Positions 1-9,324 of a stretch of 64,000 nt of DNA are shown here, piece after piece. Source of the DNA: a virus. Both the position numbers and the translations under genes were made by a program. The stretch spans positions 32,001 to 96,000 of IMG/VR virus record IMGVR_UViG_3300025674_000016; one strand, written 5' to 3'. Position 1 is the stretch's first letter. The number at the start of each line of letters is the position of its first letter. A model generated the notes under the pieces. That model did no database searches, was not told where the DNA came from, and saw nothing but the letters and a program-made list of their open reading frames with translations.

Positions 1-1
1 A

Positions 2-271
2 ATCCTAAAGAGAGATCGAACTTTCAGATACCCAGGCACAGACCAGTCTCTAGTGAATTCATATGTTAAGGAGCTGGGTTATGATTATGAGCATCCGTTG
101 GTTGGCTTTGGCTGGAATCATTGCGCTGGCTATACAAAGTTTATTGAAGGCGACATAGCTGTGTCTGCCGGACTCGGATCTGAATATAGAATTAATCTCA
201 ATCATTATTGGCATGAATTTAAACCTTGGAATGTTAATTGTCCAATCTTTAAAAAACATTTAAGGAAATAA
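2..271 (+). CDS. C-terminal part of a probable glycosyltransferase (5' truncated by window)
   Basis: Frame is open from nt 2 (ILKRDRTFRYPGTDQSLVNSYV...WNHCAG...KPW). DQxxxN and H..G..KPW resemble GT8-type C-terminal motifs; sits directly upstream of sugar epimerases. Confidence 0.5.
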   Translation: MLKRDRTFRYPGTDQSLVNSYVKELGYDYEHPLVGFGWNHCAGYTKFIEGDIAVSAGLGSEYRINLNHYWHEFKPWNVNCPIFKKHLRK

Positions 272-272
272 A

Positions 273-1169
273 GTGAAAAAAGCTTTAGTAACTGGTGGCG
301 CTGGATTTATTGGCTCAAATCTAGTTGATAGATTGATAAATATGAATTTCGAAGTCTTGGTTGTTGATAATGAATCTTCTGATTCGCACGAGTCGTTCTA
401 TTGGAACGAAAAAGCTTCGAACTATAAACTAGATATCAGAGAGTACTCCAAAATTAGGCCGCTTTTTGATGGAGTTGATTTTGTTTTTCATTTAGCGGCA
501 GAGTCTAGAATACAGTCTGCCATCGATAATCCTGTTGATGCTGTTTCTACTAATGTGCTTGGTACTTGCAATATTTTACAAGCAGCAAGAGAAGCAAATG
601 TAGAAAGAGTGATATACTCTTCCACCTCTTCTGCCTACGGGCTAAAAAATACCCCCCCAATGCTTGAAGATATGCCTTCTGATTGTCTGAATCCATACTC
701 GGTGTCTAAGGTTTGTGGAGAAGAACTATGTAAGGTTTATACTAATCTATTCGGACTAAAAACAATAATATTTAGATATTTTAATGTTTACGGAGAAAGA
801 CAACCTACAAAAGGTAAATATGCCACAGTTGTTGGCCTTTTTCTCAAGCAGAGAAGAGATGGACAACCAATGACAATAGTTGGAGACGGCCTCCAGACAA
901 GAGACTTTACTTATGTTGGGGATATTGTGGACGCAAATATTAAAGCAATTTGTGCTACTAGTGGATTTGGAGAAAAATACAATATAGGTTGTGGATCTGA
1001 ATATAGCATATTAGAACTTGCAGAAATGATAGGCGGAGATTATGTTTTCACTGAGTCTAGGATAGGTGAGACTAGAAATACTAGAGCGGATATAACTAAG
1101 GCTGAAAAAAAATTAAATTGGAAGCCAAAAACTAAATTAAAAGACTGGATTGACAGAACGAAAACTTAA
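273..1169 (+). CDS. NAD-dependent nucleotide-sugar epimerase/dehydratase (extended SDR, GalE/WbpP-like)
   Basis: TGGAGFIGS Rossmann motif, HLAA, YSSTSSAYG, catalytic YSVSK, RYFNVYG, QTRDFTYV. Confidence 0.93.
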   Translation: MKKALVTGGAGFIGSNLVDRLINMNFEVLVVDNESSDSHESFYWNEKASNYKLDIREYSKIRPLFDGVDFVFHLAAESRIQSAIDNPVDAVSTNVLGTCNILQAAREANVERVIYSSTSSAYGLKNTPPMLEDMPSDCLNPYSVSKVCGEELCKVYTNLFGLKTIIFRYFNVYGERQPTKGKYATVVGLFLKQRRDGQPMTIVGDGLQTRDFTYVGDIVDANIKAICATSGFGEKYNIGCGSEYSILELAEMIGGDYVFTESRIGETRNTRADITKAEKKLNWKPKTKLKDWIDRTKT

Positions 1170-1176
1170 ATACTAT

Positions 1177-1187
1177 TGTGATATAAT
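1177..1187 (+). promoter_or_regulatory. sigma70-type extended -10 promoter (TGTGATATAAT)
   Basis: Perfect TRTGnTATAAT in the intergenic gap, followed by AGGAG RBS and ATG at 1207. Confidence 0.6.
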
Positions 1188-1206
1188 TGCAGAAAGGAGC
1201 TTTAAT

Positions 1207-2259
1207 ATGAAGAAAATATTAGTACTAGGGGCCGGTGGCTTCATTGGTGGAGCAATGGTAAAAAGGTTGAAAAAAGATGGGCATTGGGTTCGAGGTGTAG
1301 ATTTAAAGTATCATGAATTTTTTGATATTACTAAAATTGCAGATGATTTTGTAATTGGAGACTTGAGAGACCCTAGGTTCGTTGCTTCGATTATGATAGC
1401 ACCAAATCAAACTAACAAAAATGATTATCAAAATTCTTTTGATGAGGTTTATCAATTTGCTGCCGATATGGGAGGAGCAGGTTTTGTTTTCACTGGAGAA
1501 AACGATGCAGATATAATGCACAATTCTGCAATTATCAATTTAAATGTTGCAGAACAGTGCGTTAAAAATTCTGTTAAAAAAGTGTTTTATTCATCATCTG
1601 CCTGCATGTATCCAGAACACAACCAAGAAGATCCAGACAATCCAAATTGTAAGGAGGATTCAGCATACCCAGCAAATCCAGATTCAGAGTATGGGTGGGA
1701 AAAGTTGTTTAGTGAGAGATTATGGTTGGCTTTTTCTAGAAATTATAATTTAAACGTCTCGGTAGCTAGATATCATAATATTTTTGGTCCAGAAGGAACT
1801 TGGCAAGGTGGAAGGGAAAAAGCACCAGCGGCTTTTTGTAGGAAAGTCGCCCTAGCATCTAGCGGAGATTCAATTGAAGTTTGGGGACCGGGAACACAAA
1901 CTAGGTCTTTTCTTTATATTGACGAATGTATAGAAGCAACTTTGAGATTGATGAATTCAGAATTTAATGGACCTGTAAATATTGGAAGCGAAGAGATGCT
2001 TTCTATTAATGACTTTGCCGAGATGGCAATTACTATTTCTAGAAAAGATTTATCAATAAATAATATACAAGGAGAAGAATTCTTTAAAAAATATGGTTAC
2101 AAGTGTCCCATTGGGGTCAATGGCAGGAATTCTGACAATGCTCTTTACGAGTGTGAGATTGGTTGGCGAGTATCTCAACCACTTTTGGAAGGTATGAAAA
2201 AAACTTATCAGTGGATCAAGTCCGAGGTTGATAGAACTAGGGTTGTAAATGATGATTGA
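1207..2259 (+). CDS. GDP-mannose 3',5'-epimerase-like SDR
   Basis: GAGGFIG, AADMGGAGF, YSSSACMYP, YGWEK, HNIFGPEGTWQGGREKAPAAFCRK are GME-family signatures; start moved to ATG 1207 because of the RBS. Confidence 0.88.
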   Translation: MKKILVLGAGGFIGGAMVKRLKKDGHWVRGVDLKYHEFFDITKIADDFVIGDLRDPRFVASIMIAPNQTNKNDYQNSFDEVYQFAADMGGAGFVFTGENDADIMHNSAIINLNVAEQCVKNSVKKVFYSSSACMYPEHNQEDPDNPNCKEDSAYPANPDSEYGWEKLFSERLWLAFSRNYNLNVSVARYHNIFGPEGTWQGGREKAPAAFCRKVALASSGDSIEVWGPGTQTRSFLYIDECIEATLRLMNSEFNGPVNIGSEEMLSINDFAEMAITISRKDLSINNIQGEEFFKKYGYKCPIGVNGRNSDNALYECEIGWRVSQPLLEGMKKTYQWIKSEVDRTRVVNDD

Positions 2260-2599
2260 ATATAGACCGTGGGGCAACTACGTCGTATTACATGATGGAG
2301 AAGATTGCAAAGTAAAAAGAATTATCGTAGGACCAGGGCACAGACTGTCCCTACAATCACACGAGTACAGACAAGAGCATTGGATTATTGTTGAAGGCAA
2401 AGGTGTGATGGAAGTCGGCAAAAGCAAACGAAATATCGAAGCAGGCACCGACATCTTTATTCCAAAGCGAACAAAACACAGAATTAAAAACATAGGCGAA
2501 ACAGACCTTGTTTTTATCGAAGTTCAGACAGGCACCTATTTTGGTGAAGACGACATTATTAGATACGAAGACGATTACGGTAGACTGGAGGAAAAATGA
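2249..2599 (+). CDS. Mannose-6-phosphate isomerase type II C-terminal cupin
   Basis: RPWG, LSLQSH..RQEHW, HRIKN, IEVQTGTYFGEDDIIRYEDDYGR. Confidence 0.9.
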   Translation: MMIEYRPWGNYVVLHDGEDCKVKRIIVGPGHRLSLQSHEYRQEHWIIVEGKGVMEVGKSKRNIEAGTDIFIPKRTKHRIKNIGETDLVFIEVQTGTYFGEDDIIRYEDDYGRLEEK

Positions 2600-2781
2600 C
2601 ACTATCAAATCAAGCACTAGGCGCTATTATGATGGCGCTGCAAAAAGCACTAATGGAACAATCAGACATTACAAAAACTTTAAAAGGCTTCGAGTTCGTC
2701 CAAGACGACTCAGGTGAATTAATCGTAACCAACCCACCAATTGTTCAGTTGGGCAAAAAAGAACCACACAATCTAGACTGA
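2596..2781 (+). CDS. hypothetical protein
   Basis: ATGA overlap with upstream gene, GGAGG RBS, abuts next gene. Confidence 0.7.
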   Translation: MTLSNQALGAIMMALQKALMEQSDITKTLKGFEFVQDDSGELIVTNPPIVQLGKKEPHNLD

Positions 2782-3032
2782 TGCCAATTTACACTTACCA
2801 CTGCACAAGTTGCGAAAAGCAGTTTGACAAGTTTCATTCTATGTTGGACACACCAACAACTTGCGATTTGTGCGGAGAACAAGACTGCTTAACAAAACAA
2901 ATTCCAGAACTAAGCAGCATCAAAAAACAAGAAAGTGGGCCTAGAGTGGGAGATATCGTGAAAAAACACATTGAAGAAGCCAAGCGTGATCTCAAAGAGG
3001 ATCGACAACTGGCGATACAGGAGATCGAATAA
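2781..3032 (+). CDS. FmdB-family zinc-ribbon protein
   Basis: MPIYTYHCTSC...CDLCG motif. Confidence 0.8.
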   Translation: MPIYTYHCTSCEKQFDKFHSMLDTPTTCDLCGEQDCLTKQIPELSSIKKQESGPRVGDIVKKHIEEAKRDLKEDRQLAIQEIE

Positions 3033-3370
3033 TGGCTTGGTTGCTTGCGTTTTTTATAATTTTGAGCATTGCCTCGATTGCATTCAATGGGGTGCTCTTG
3101 TGGTATAACCGAGAAGCAGTTAAAAAAATAGTTTTTGTCTCGGACAACTTGGGCGACATGATGGGCTACTTTAAAGAGTTTCAGGTTCATCTTGAAAGCC
3201 TTTATGAAATGGAAGTGTTTTATGGTGACGAAACAATTAAAGGTCTTATTGATCACACAAAGTTCATGGTTGATCAAATAGGAGACTTTGAAGAAATATA
3301 TTCTCTAACAAGAGAAGAGGAAGAACAGGATGACGGAGAACTCGGACCCGAAGCCGAAGAAGAAGCGTAG
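3032..3370 (+). CDS. hypothetical membrane-anchored protein
   Basis: N-terminal hydrophobic helix, acidic tail, translationally coupled. Confidence 0.65.
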   Translation: MAWLLAFFIILSIASIAFNGVLLWYNREAVKKIVFVSDNLGDMMGYFKEFQVHLESLYEMEVFYGDETIKGLIDHTKFMVDQIGDFEEIYSLTREEEEQDDGELGPEAEEEA

Positions 3371-4043
3371 AAAAAGAAAAAAGAATTTATATTTCACCTC
3401 TGTTCACGAAGAGGCTATCATTGAATATTCCAAGACAACCGACAAAAAGCGTCGTGGCGAGCTTTATGTTGAATTTATTCAACCAGCATTCAATGAAATG
3501 GTTGACAAGATAGTCTATACCTATAAGTTTACTTCTCTACCCAACATAGATTACCTGAAAGACGACTGCAAGATCTGGCTTACGATGATCTTGGATAAGT
3601 ACGACAAGGACAAAGGCTACAAAGCTTTTTCTTATTTTAGCATTGTCACAAAAAACTGGTTTATTCAAAAGGTCAAAAAAACAAAAGTCAATTGTCAAAG
3701 GGAAATCTCTTATGAAGATGCCTTTAAGGATGAGGACTCTCAAGCAGTAACCCACCATGAATATGAAAAGATAAGAGAAGAAGAGGAATTCTGGATGAGC
3801 TTTGCAGAAGAAATGCAAAGTTGGGATGAAGAACTTTTAAAAGAGAATGAACAAAAAGTCTTAAAAGCAGTCAAAATACTCTTTGAAAGTTGCGATGATA
3901 TAGAAATTTTTAATAAAAAAGCTATTTACCTATACTTGAGAGAGCTAACTGGTCTCAATACAAAACAAGTTGTAAGTAACCTAAACAAGCTTAGGGAAAA
4001 GTACAGGACTTTTAAAAAGAAATGGCACGACGGAAAGATCTAG
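3330..4043 (+). CDS. phage late sigma factor (T4 gp55-like, sigma70 region 2)
   Basis: LDKYDKDKGYKAFSYFSIVTKNWFIQ resembles the gp55 region-2 motif (FD..K...AFSYFT...N.F). Confidence 0.7.
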   Translation: MTENSDPKPKKKRRKRKKNLYFTSVHEEAIIEYSKTTDKKRRGELYVEFIQPAFNEMVDKIVYTYKFTSLPNIDYLKDDCKIWLTMILDKYDKDKGYKAFSYFSIVTKNWFIQKVKKTKVNCQREISYEDAFKDEDSQAVTHHEYEKIREEEEFWMSFAEEMQSWDEELLKENEQKVLKAVKILFESCDDIEIFNKKAIYLYLRELTGLNTKQVVSNLNKLREKYRTFKKKWHDGKI

Positions 4044-4327
4044 ATTCCTATATTCAAGAAACAACAGACAACATCAGAAAAGATAGAGCTATGACCAATT
4101 TTTTGTTGACCGAGCTTATCCAAGAGATGAAAGCCGGAACACAACAAGAATATGGCCTTATTGCAGCAAAGTACGTTGAAACACTTCAGAGATCCAACGA
4201 ACAACTTGTAAAGCTCGCAGCACTGATTCAGAAAGATTCAAAGGGAGACCAAGGTCTCTCTCAAGAAGATAAACAAGATCTTTTTGATATGATTAATGCT
4301 GATGTAGGTGTAGATAGTGGCAGTTAA
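4022..4327 (+). CDS. hypothetical helical protein
   Basis: 101-aa ORF overlapping both neighbours. Confidence 0.7.
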   Translation: MARRKDLDSYIQETTDNIRKDRAMTNFLLTELIQEMKAGTQQEYGLIAAKYVETLQRSNEQLVKLAALIQKDSKGDQGLSQEDKQDLFDMINADVGVDSGS

Positions 4328-6335
4328 AAAGAACTCAGTAAACTTAACAGGAAAGCCTGGCGACTATACATATGGAATATTAAATTCCATTGAGAGGCCA
4401 ATTATTGGAAAGGCTGTACCTTCGCACGGTTCTGATCCTTGGAGTATGCTTAGTGTTGTTGCTTCTGAGTTTTATAAAGTTGATGCCCTGAAGAACACTG
4501 GTCCCTATAGAGGAATAGTGTTAAGAGTAGAATCTGGACCAGAAAAGAAAGCAAAAACGGCGGAACAAGGCGGAGCTTTGTTTGACGATCCTGATGATGC
4601 AACACACTATATCTATAACAACGAAACAGTTGGCGGAGATCCACCCGAACTAGTAAGAATAAAAGTTAGAGTACCGGAACTCCACGCACACATTAAAGCT
4701 CCTGAAAACTGGGGGGACGTAGATGGAGACCATCAACTTGTTATAGATCTACACCCCACATACGTTGCACAGACGGATCTGGTTCCACAACCAGCTATAG
4801 GAGATATAGTTTGGGTTGATTATACAAATAAAAATGATTTTACAGACCCCATCTATATAAGGCCAGTTACAGAAAAGCAGCACTTTATTGAGCTAATAGA
4901 GGGAATAGTAAGTAAATATGCTTTTTTAAATTGCAACAAGACCACGGCGGCAATAAACATGCCAGGGATAAAAATATCAGATACAGTACCTTCTGTTAAT
5001 TATGCAGCCAACCAAAACTATCCAAAAGGAACTAGAACAGTTCCACCGGGAGAAATAACAGAAATTCTGGAAGCAGGAGAAAGCGAGGGCATTCAAGCAC
5101 CAGAATCAGAAATCTCTCCAATCTTAGCTAAGATTGCAAAAGATGCTGGCATAGTAATTAAAGCTTGGGTTGGGAGGGCGGCTGGCAACGGGTATCGTAA
5201 TGTTATAGTTATGATGCCCAAGACAACAAATTTGGACAATCCTTTCGAATTGATATATCATTTTCATGGACACGCTAGTTGGTTTTCTGGGGGCACACCA
5301 AAGCACATATTAGAAAACATGAAGACGCTATCCGAGCAAAAAAGAAATTTTGTCCTAGTATACCCTCAGATGCCTTGGGGTGGGAATCAAAAATCTCCAA
5401 ATTCTTTTTTATATAGCTCAAAAGTAAATGGAATAAATGATCGTGAACCGGGAGTGTTTCTGGGGCCGCCAGCGGGGACTTCAAAGGGCGGGTCTTTTCA
5501 AGCTTTAAATGATCAAGTGTTAACTGTAATTAAAGAAGTTTTAAAGGGTGCGTCTCAAAGCGACGAAAGCACAATGCAAATTGGATTTCTAACTGTTACT
5601 TGCCATAGTCGAGGTGGTATTGCGCTGGCCATGATAGCCGCTACGGGCGGCTTTATGGAGGTAAAGCCAGATAAGATTACCTTGGGCGACGCAGACTATG
5701 GATATGGAGGCCCACCAGGAGAATATCGTAGAACCGAAAAAACACACTTTAACACGTTTACTAATAAAGACAGAAATCGTTACTATAATTCTGAGTTTCC
5801 ACAAGAACTGCTTGATCCAGATACTCAACCGTATGGGGAATTAACGCCAAGCATAAGGCCAACCGATGTAGTTTGGGAGTACTATGTAAAGGGAGCCAAA
5901 AAATTAGTAGAATATAACTTATTAGTCATTTCTCCTGAAAGGAGAGGAGATAGCCACACAGAAAGCTTGGCAACCTTTCCAAGGGCGGCTGCGCAAGAGT
6001 TAATAAGTCGGAGAATAGGCAAAGCAGTACCATCATCAAATCAAAAAAGGTTTGTGGAGGAATATGAAGATGGGACAACGGCTTCCATTAATTATGTTCC
6101 TTTGAATAAATCTCATAGTAAGATAGGCAGCGAAGATACCATAATATATGCTGGCAGCAGAGAGGATTTGCCAGTAGATAATGACTCTGGCAAAGAAATA
6201 AACCCAGAGGACGAAATTCCTATTGGAGGTGGAGTTGGAGTTGGATATGGGGATGGAGGTGATGAAGGCTTCCTTGATGGAGAAAATGCAAGCTTTGAAG
6301 AAGCCCCACCCCCAGAAGACGAAACTGAAGGATAA
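4317..6335 (+). CDS. baseplate hub gp5-like N-terminal OB-fold fused to an alpha/beta-hydrolase-like domain
   Basis: RIKVRVPELH...PAIGDIVWVDY resembles the gp5/VgrG OB fold; IYHFHGH, VLVYPQ and TCHSRGG (nucleophile elbow) resemble an alpha/beta hydrolase. Confidence 0.55.
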   Translation: MAVKKNSVNLTGKPGDYTYGILNSIERPIIGKAVPSHGSDPWSMLSVVASEFYKVDALKNTGPYRGIVLRVESGPEKKAKTAEQGGALFDDPDDATHYIYNNETVGGDPPELVRIKVRVPELHAHIKAPENWGDVDGDHQLVIDLHPTYVAQTDLVPQPAIGDIVWVDYTNKNDFTDPIYIRPVTEKQHFIELIEGIVSKYAFLNCNKTTAAINMPGIKISDTVPSVNYAANQNYPKGTRTVPPGEITEILEAGESEGIQAPESEISPILAKIAKDAGIVIKAWVGRAAGNGYRNVIVMMPKTTNLDNPFELIYHFHGHASWFSGGTPKHILENMKTLSEQKRNFVLVYPQMPWGGNQKSPNSFLYSSKVNGINDREPGVFLGPPAGTSKGGSFQALNDQVLTVIKEVLKGASQSDESTMQIGFLTVTCHSRGGIALAMIAATGGFMEVKPDKITLGDADYGYGGPPGEYRRTEKTHFNTFTNKDRNRYYNSEFPQELLDPDTQPYGELTPSIRPTDVVWEYYVKGAKKLVEYNLLVISPERRGDSHTESLATFPRAAAQELISRRIGKAVPSSNQKRFVEEYEDGTTASINYVPLNKSHSKIGSEDTIIYAGSREDLPVDNDSGKEINPEDEIPIGGGVGVGYGDGGDEGFLDGENASFEEAPPPEDETEG

Positions 6336-6359
6336 TTTTTTTAATAACGAGGTTTTATA

Positions 6360-8318
6360 GTGGGAGAAACAAAAACAAATCCAGAAAGACCAAAAGTATC
6401 TGGAACTAGAACAGAAGCAAGGCCCCCAAACGAAAAAGAAGGCGGTGGCCCCCTAGGCGACCTTAAGAATCTTGCGGAAGAAACAGCGGAAGAAGCAGTT
6501 GCTCAACTGGGCGCACCAAGCAAAGTAAAGTCACAATACTCCGATCTTGTAGAGGAGCCAGAGAAGTATAAAGAAAGCAGAGTTAGGTTAAAAAATTTTA
6601 CAGGAATACCGGGTGCGCCTAGCTATGGAGGGTTTCCAAATAACCCATATAGTTATGTCAACCCCGACACCCAGATAAAACTTTTAGTCCCAGTTCCATC
6701 TGTGGACCCCAATAAACAACAATACCTTCATGTCTTGGCAGCAAAAAGATTAAAACTGCTAAATGAAAAATGGCAGAAAGACCACCCAACTAAAGAAGAA
6801 CTCAAGCTTTGTAGTGGTTTTAGGCCAAATAGATTTCCTAAAGGTTCTCAAATAAAAAACCCTAAATCTTATCATCTTTTTTGTAAAGGAAAAGGTTATT
6901 GGTTGCCGAATATGTCGCCGTGGGGACCAGGCGCCGCTAGTCCTAGTGCAATGGGCTTGACCGGCTCTCTTGATCAAAGCAAGAGGTGTAATAAGTGGAT
7001 TGCTTACTATTCACCTCACGAAACGGGTCTAGCAATGGATTTTGGAAACCACGGTTTAACGGCTTCATCGCAAGTAAAAGGGCAGAAAGAAACCCCACTA
7101 TTTAAATGGCTCCAGCAAAATGCTCACTTATTTGGCATAACACCGCTCTTGCATGAAGCTTGGCACTGGGAGGTCAATGTACCAGTTGAGGCTTGGCGTA
7201 CTGGAGAAGAATTTGTAGAAGGAGATGATTACGCTGTTAGGGTTAAGGGAGACGGAAAGCGAGGGGACATAATACAGTCGGCAGGCGGAACGGGTGTCGG
7301 AAACCCAAGCCAAACTCCTCCATGCCCACCAACAAGTCTTTTGGGAGGAGAAGAAGAAAAAAAACGAGTATTGCCAGATTTAAGAACATTCTCAGTACAA
7401 GAACCAAAATATGGAGCCGATCCAGGAGTTAAGTTTAAAGGACTGAGGGAGAGATCATTAGACAGTATTGTGAATATTGTTATACATGACACAGCGGGCT
7501 TTTGGAATACAGTTGAGGCACCGCCCGGAGTTGGGAAAAACGGCAAATCAAAAGAAAGATTGTGCATAGCAGTATTAGCAGAAAAAGGAGCAAGCGTTCA
7601 CTTTACCATAGGAAGAGGTGGCGGAGTAAGGCAGCATGCCGATCTTAAAGAAAGGTGTGGTCATATAAGCGGTAGAATAAATCCAATATCTATTGGATTA
7701 GAATTTATCAACCCAATAAGCCTAACAAAAGACAAGGCCAAGAAGTTTGCCAAACAGACATTGGGAAAAAATGCTTTAGAGATGCACCCTATAATAGAAA
7801 AAGGAAATATATGGCCAGGAGGTGGAGCGAAGCCTTATTTTATCGCAAATACTTTCTATGCTTGCAAAGCACTATATGAACTAATAGATAAAATAATAAA
7901 ATCGGAACATTGTAAAAACCTTCGTCATGAATACCCATGTACAGAAGGAGGAGCGCTCTACCATAAAGACGACCGCCATAGGCAACCAGGTATCTTTGCC
8001 CATAGAAGAGAACAGACAAACAGAACAGATGGAATGTTTGGCGAATATTATTGTGCGCGGAAGAAGTTGCATCCTGATGAGAGCTACGCGGAGTGCTGGT
8101 ATCAAACGATGTCTGTGTTTATCGAGAAATCAAAGGGCAGCGATCCTAAAGCAGGTTATCCAGACCCAAAAACATACAAAAAAGACGGGGCAAAAAAGTT
8201 TGTTGAAGACGAACTAAATAGAGTTGCAAAGCTTTTGGTTGGAGAGGATAAGCCAGAGGCAGAAACACCGCCAGCAGAACCGCCACCAGAAACACCAGCA
8301 GAACCGCCTGCGGAGTGA
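6360..8318 (+). CDS. two-domain peptidoglycan hydrolase: M15B-type peptidase + N-acetylmuramoyl-L-alanine amidase (Amidase_2)
   Basis: SGFR...SPHETGLAMDF...EAWHWE (M15B); IVIHDT...SVHFTI...H...NPISIGLE...FAHR (Amidase_2). Confidence 0.8.
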   Translation: MGETKTNPERPKVSGTRTEARPPNEKEGGGPLGDLKNLAEETAEEAVAQLGAPSKVKSQYSDLVEEPEKYKESRVRLKNFTGIPGAPSYGGFPNNPYSYVNPDTQIKLLVPVPSVDPNKQQYLHVLAAKRLKLLNEKWQKDHPTKEELKLCSGFRPNRFPKGSQIKNPKSYHLFCKGKGYWLPNMSPWGPGAASPSAMGLTGSLDQSKRCNKWIAYYSPHETGLAMDFGNHGLTASSQVKGQKETPLFKWLQQNAHLFGITPLLHEAWHWEVNVPVEAWRTGEEFVEGDDYAVRVKGDGKRGDIIQSAGGTGVGNPSQTPPCPPTSLLGGEEEKKRVLPDLRTFSVQEPKYGADPGVKFKGLRERSLDSIVNIVIHDTAGFWNTVEAPPGVGKNGKSKERLCIAVLAEKGASVHFTIGRGGGVRQHADLKERCGHISGRINPISIGLEFINPISLTKDKAKKFAKQTLGKNALEMHPIIEKGNIWPGGGAKPYFIANTFYACKALYELIDKIIKSEHCKNLRHEYPCTEGGALYHKDDRHRQPGIFAHRREQTNRTDGMFGEYYCARKKLHPDESYAECWYQTMSVFIEKSKGSDPKAGYPDPKTYKKDGAKKFVEDELNRVAKLLVGEDKPEAETPPAEPPPETPAEPPAE

Positions 8319-8350
8319 ACAACATAGTTTTAGAGATTTAGGAAATAAAA

Positions 8351-9313
8351 ATGACGGTTATAAGAAGGACAAAAATTCTAGATGGATTGAGCAAAACAAA
8401 AAAGAAAAATCAATCCGCCGTTGCAGGTACTAGTAGAGACTGTATGACTCTGGGCAAGTGCGATACTGGCGACAGCCCTAAGTTAGATAATATTATTGAT
8501 GATAGCGGAACACAGACATGCGAAATAATTTATTCTAATGCGCATAATGCTTCCATAGTGTTAGGCAGGGATAGACCAGGCCACGTCAATTCAGGATATG
8601 GCGGCAGGGGCGACTCTCATTGTGCATCCATTGATATAGTTGCTGGCAGGATGGCAAGCAAGGCAAAAACTGGAGTAGAAAGCAGCAGCGGCCTATACGA
8701 ACAACTATATGTAAACCCAGACTTCAAGACTGATGCGGCTAGAATTTATATTAGTCAAAAAACAGATGTTGATAGAAACTTTAGACTACCACAAGGATCA
8801 ATGCCTTATGCAACAACAAGATCGGCAATAGCCATGAAAGCAGATGGAATTAGAATAATTGCCAGAGAAGGAATAAAATTAGTTTCAGGAGCAGAGGAAA
8901 TAAACTCTCAGGGATCTAAAATATCTACTGCTGTTTACGGTATAGATTTAATTGCAAACAATGATGATTCTGATTTGCAACCTATACCTAAAGGAGATAA
9001 CCTACAAGAAGCACTAGAAACACTAGCCTCAAATTTAGATGACCTTGCAGGTATAGTTAATTCTTTCCTGATATCTCAGATGTACTACAACACAACAGTC
9101 CAACTTCACACACACAATTCTCCCTTTTTTGGAATTCCTGTTACTTTGTCTCCCAGCCTGCAAATCAGCAATCCACAAACCAACATTGATCTTGTAACAA
9201 AGTGTACTGCTGGTCTTTATTTTCATAAAGTTAACATGGCTTTGTGGAGATTGTCAAACTTGTCCCCAATGGGCGATAACTATATAAACAGTCTTTATAA
9301 TAATACTAATTAG
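8351..9313 (+). CDS. baseplate central spike-like protein (gp5 C-terminal/gpV-like)
   Basis: Beta-rich stretches (SAIAMKADGIRIIAREGIKLV), C-terminal HTH (HxH) motif, location upstream of gp25/gp6. Confidence 0.5.
   Translation: MTVIRRTKILDGLSKTKKKNQSAVAGTSRDCMTLGKCDTGDSPKLDNIIDDSGTQTCEIIYSNAHNASIVLGRDRPGHVNSGYGGRGDSHCASIDIVAGRMASKAKTGVESSSGLYEQLYVNPDFKTDAARIYISQKTDVDRNFRLPQGSMPYATTRSAIAMKADGIRIIAREGIKLVSGAEEINSQGSKISTAVYGIDLIANNDDSDLQPIPKGDNLQEALETLASNLDDLAGIVNSFLISQMYYNTTVQLHTHNSPFFGIPVTLSPSLQISNPQTNIDLVTKCTAGLYFHKVNMALWRLSNLSPMGDNYINSLYNNTN
9306..9312 (+). promoter_or_regulatory. putative late promoter element CTAATTA
   Basis: Instance of the recurring CTAnTTA motif, 12 nt upstream of the 9325 start. 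Confidence 0.35.
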
Positions 9314-9324
9314 GAAAATATAAA

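Noticed and set aside
1150-1176. TTGACA...TACTAT as a -35/-10 pair
   Set aside because: Spacer is only 15 nt; the extended -10 at 1177-1187 is the better explanation.
3922-3928. CTATTTA inside the sigma gene as an autoregulatory promoter
   Set aside because: Explainable by the AIY codons and it lacks the preceding A; not distinguishable from chance.
6333-6362. Read-through fusion of 4317 and 6360 (same frame), or an alternative genetic code
   Set aside because: Three in-frame TAA stops separate them; multi-kb ORFs are intact in code 11 and TAA, TAG and TGA all end genes.
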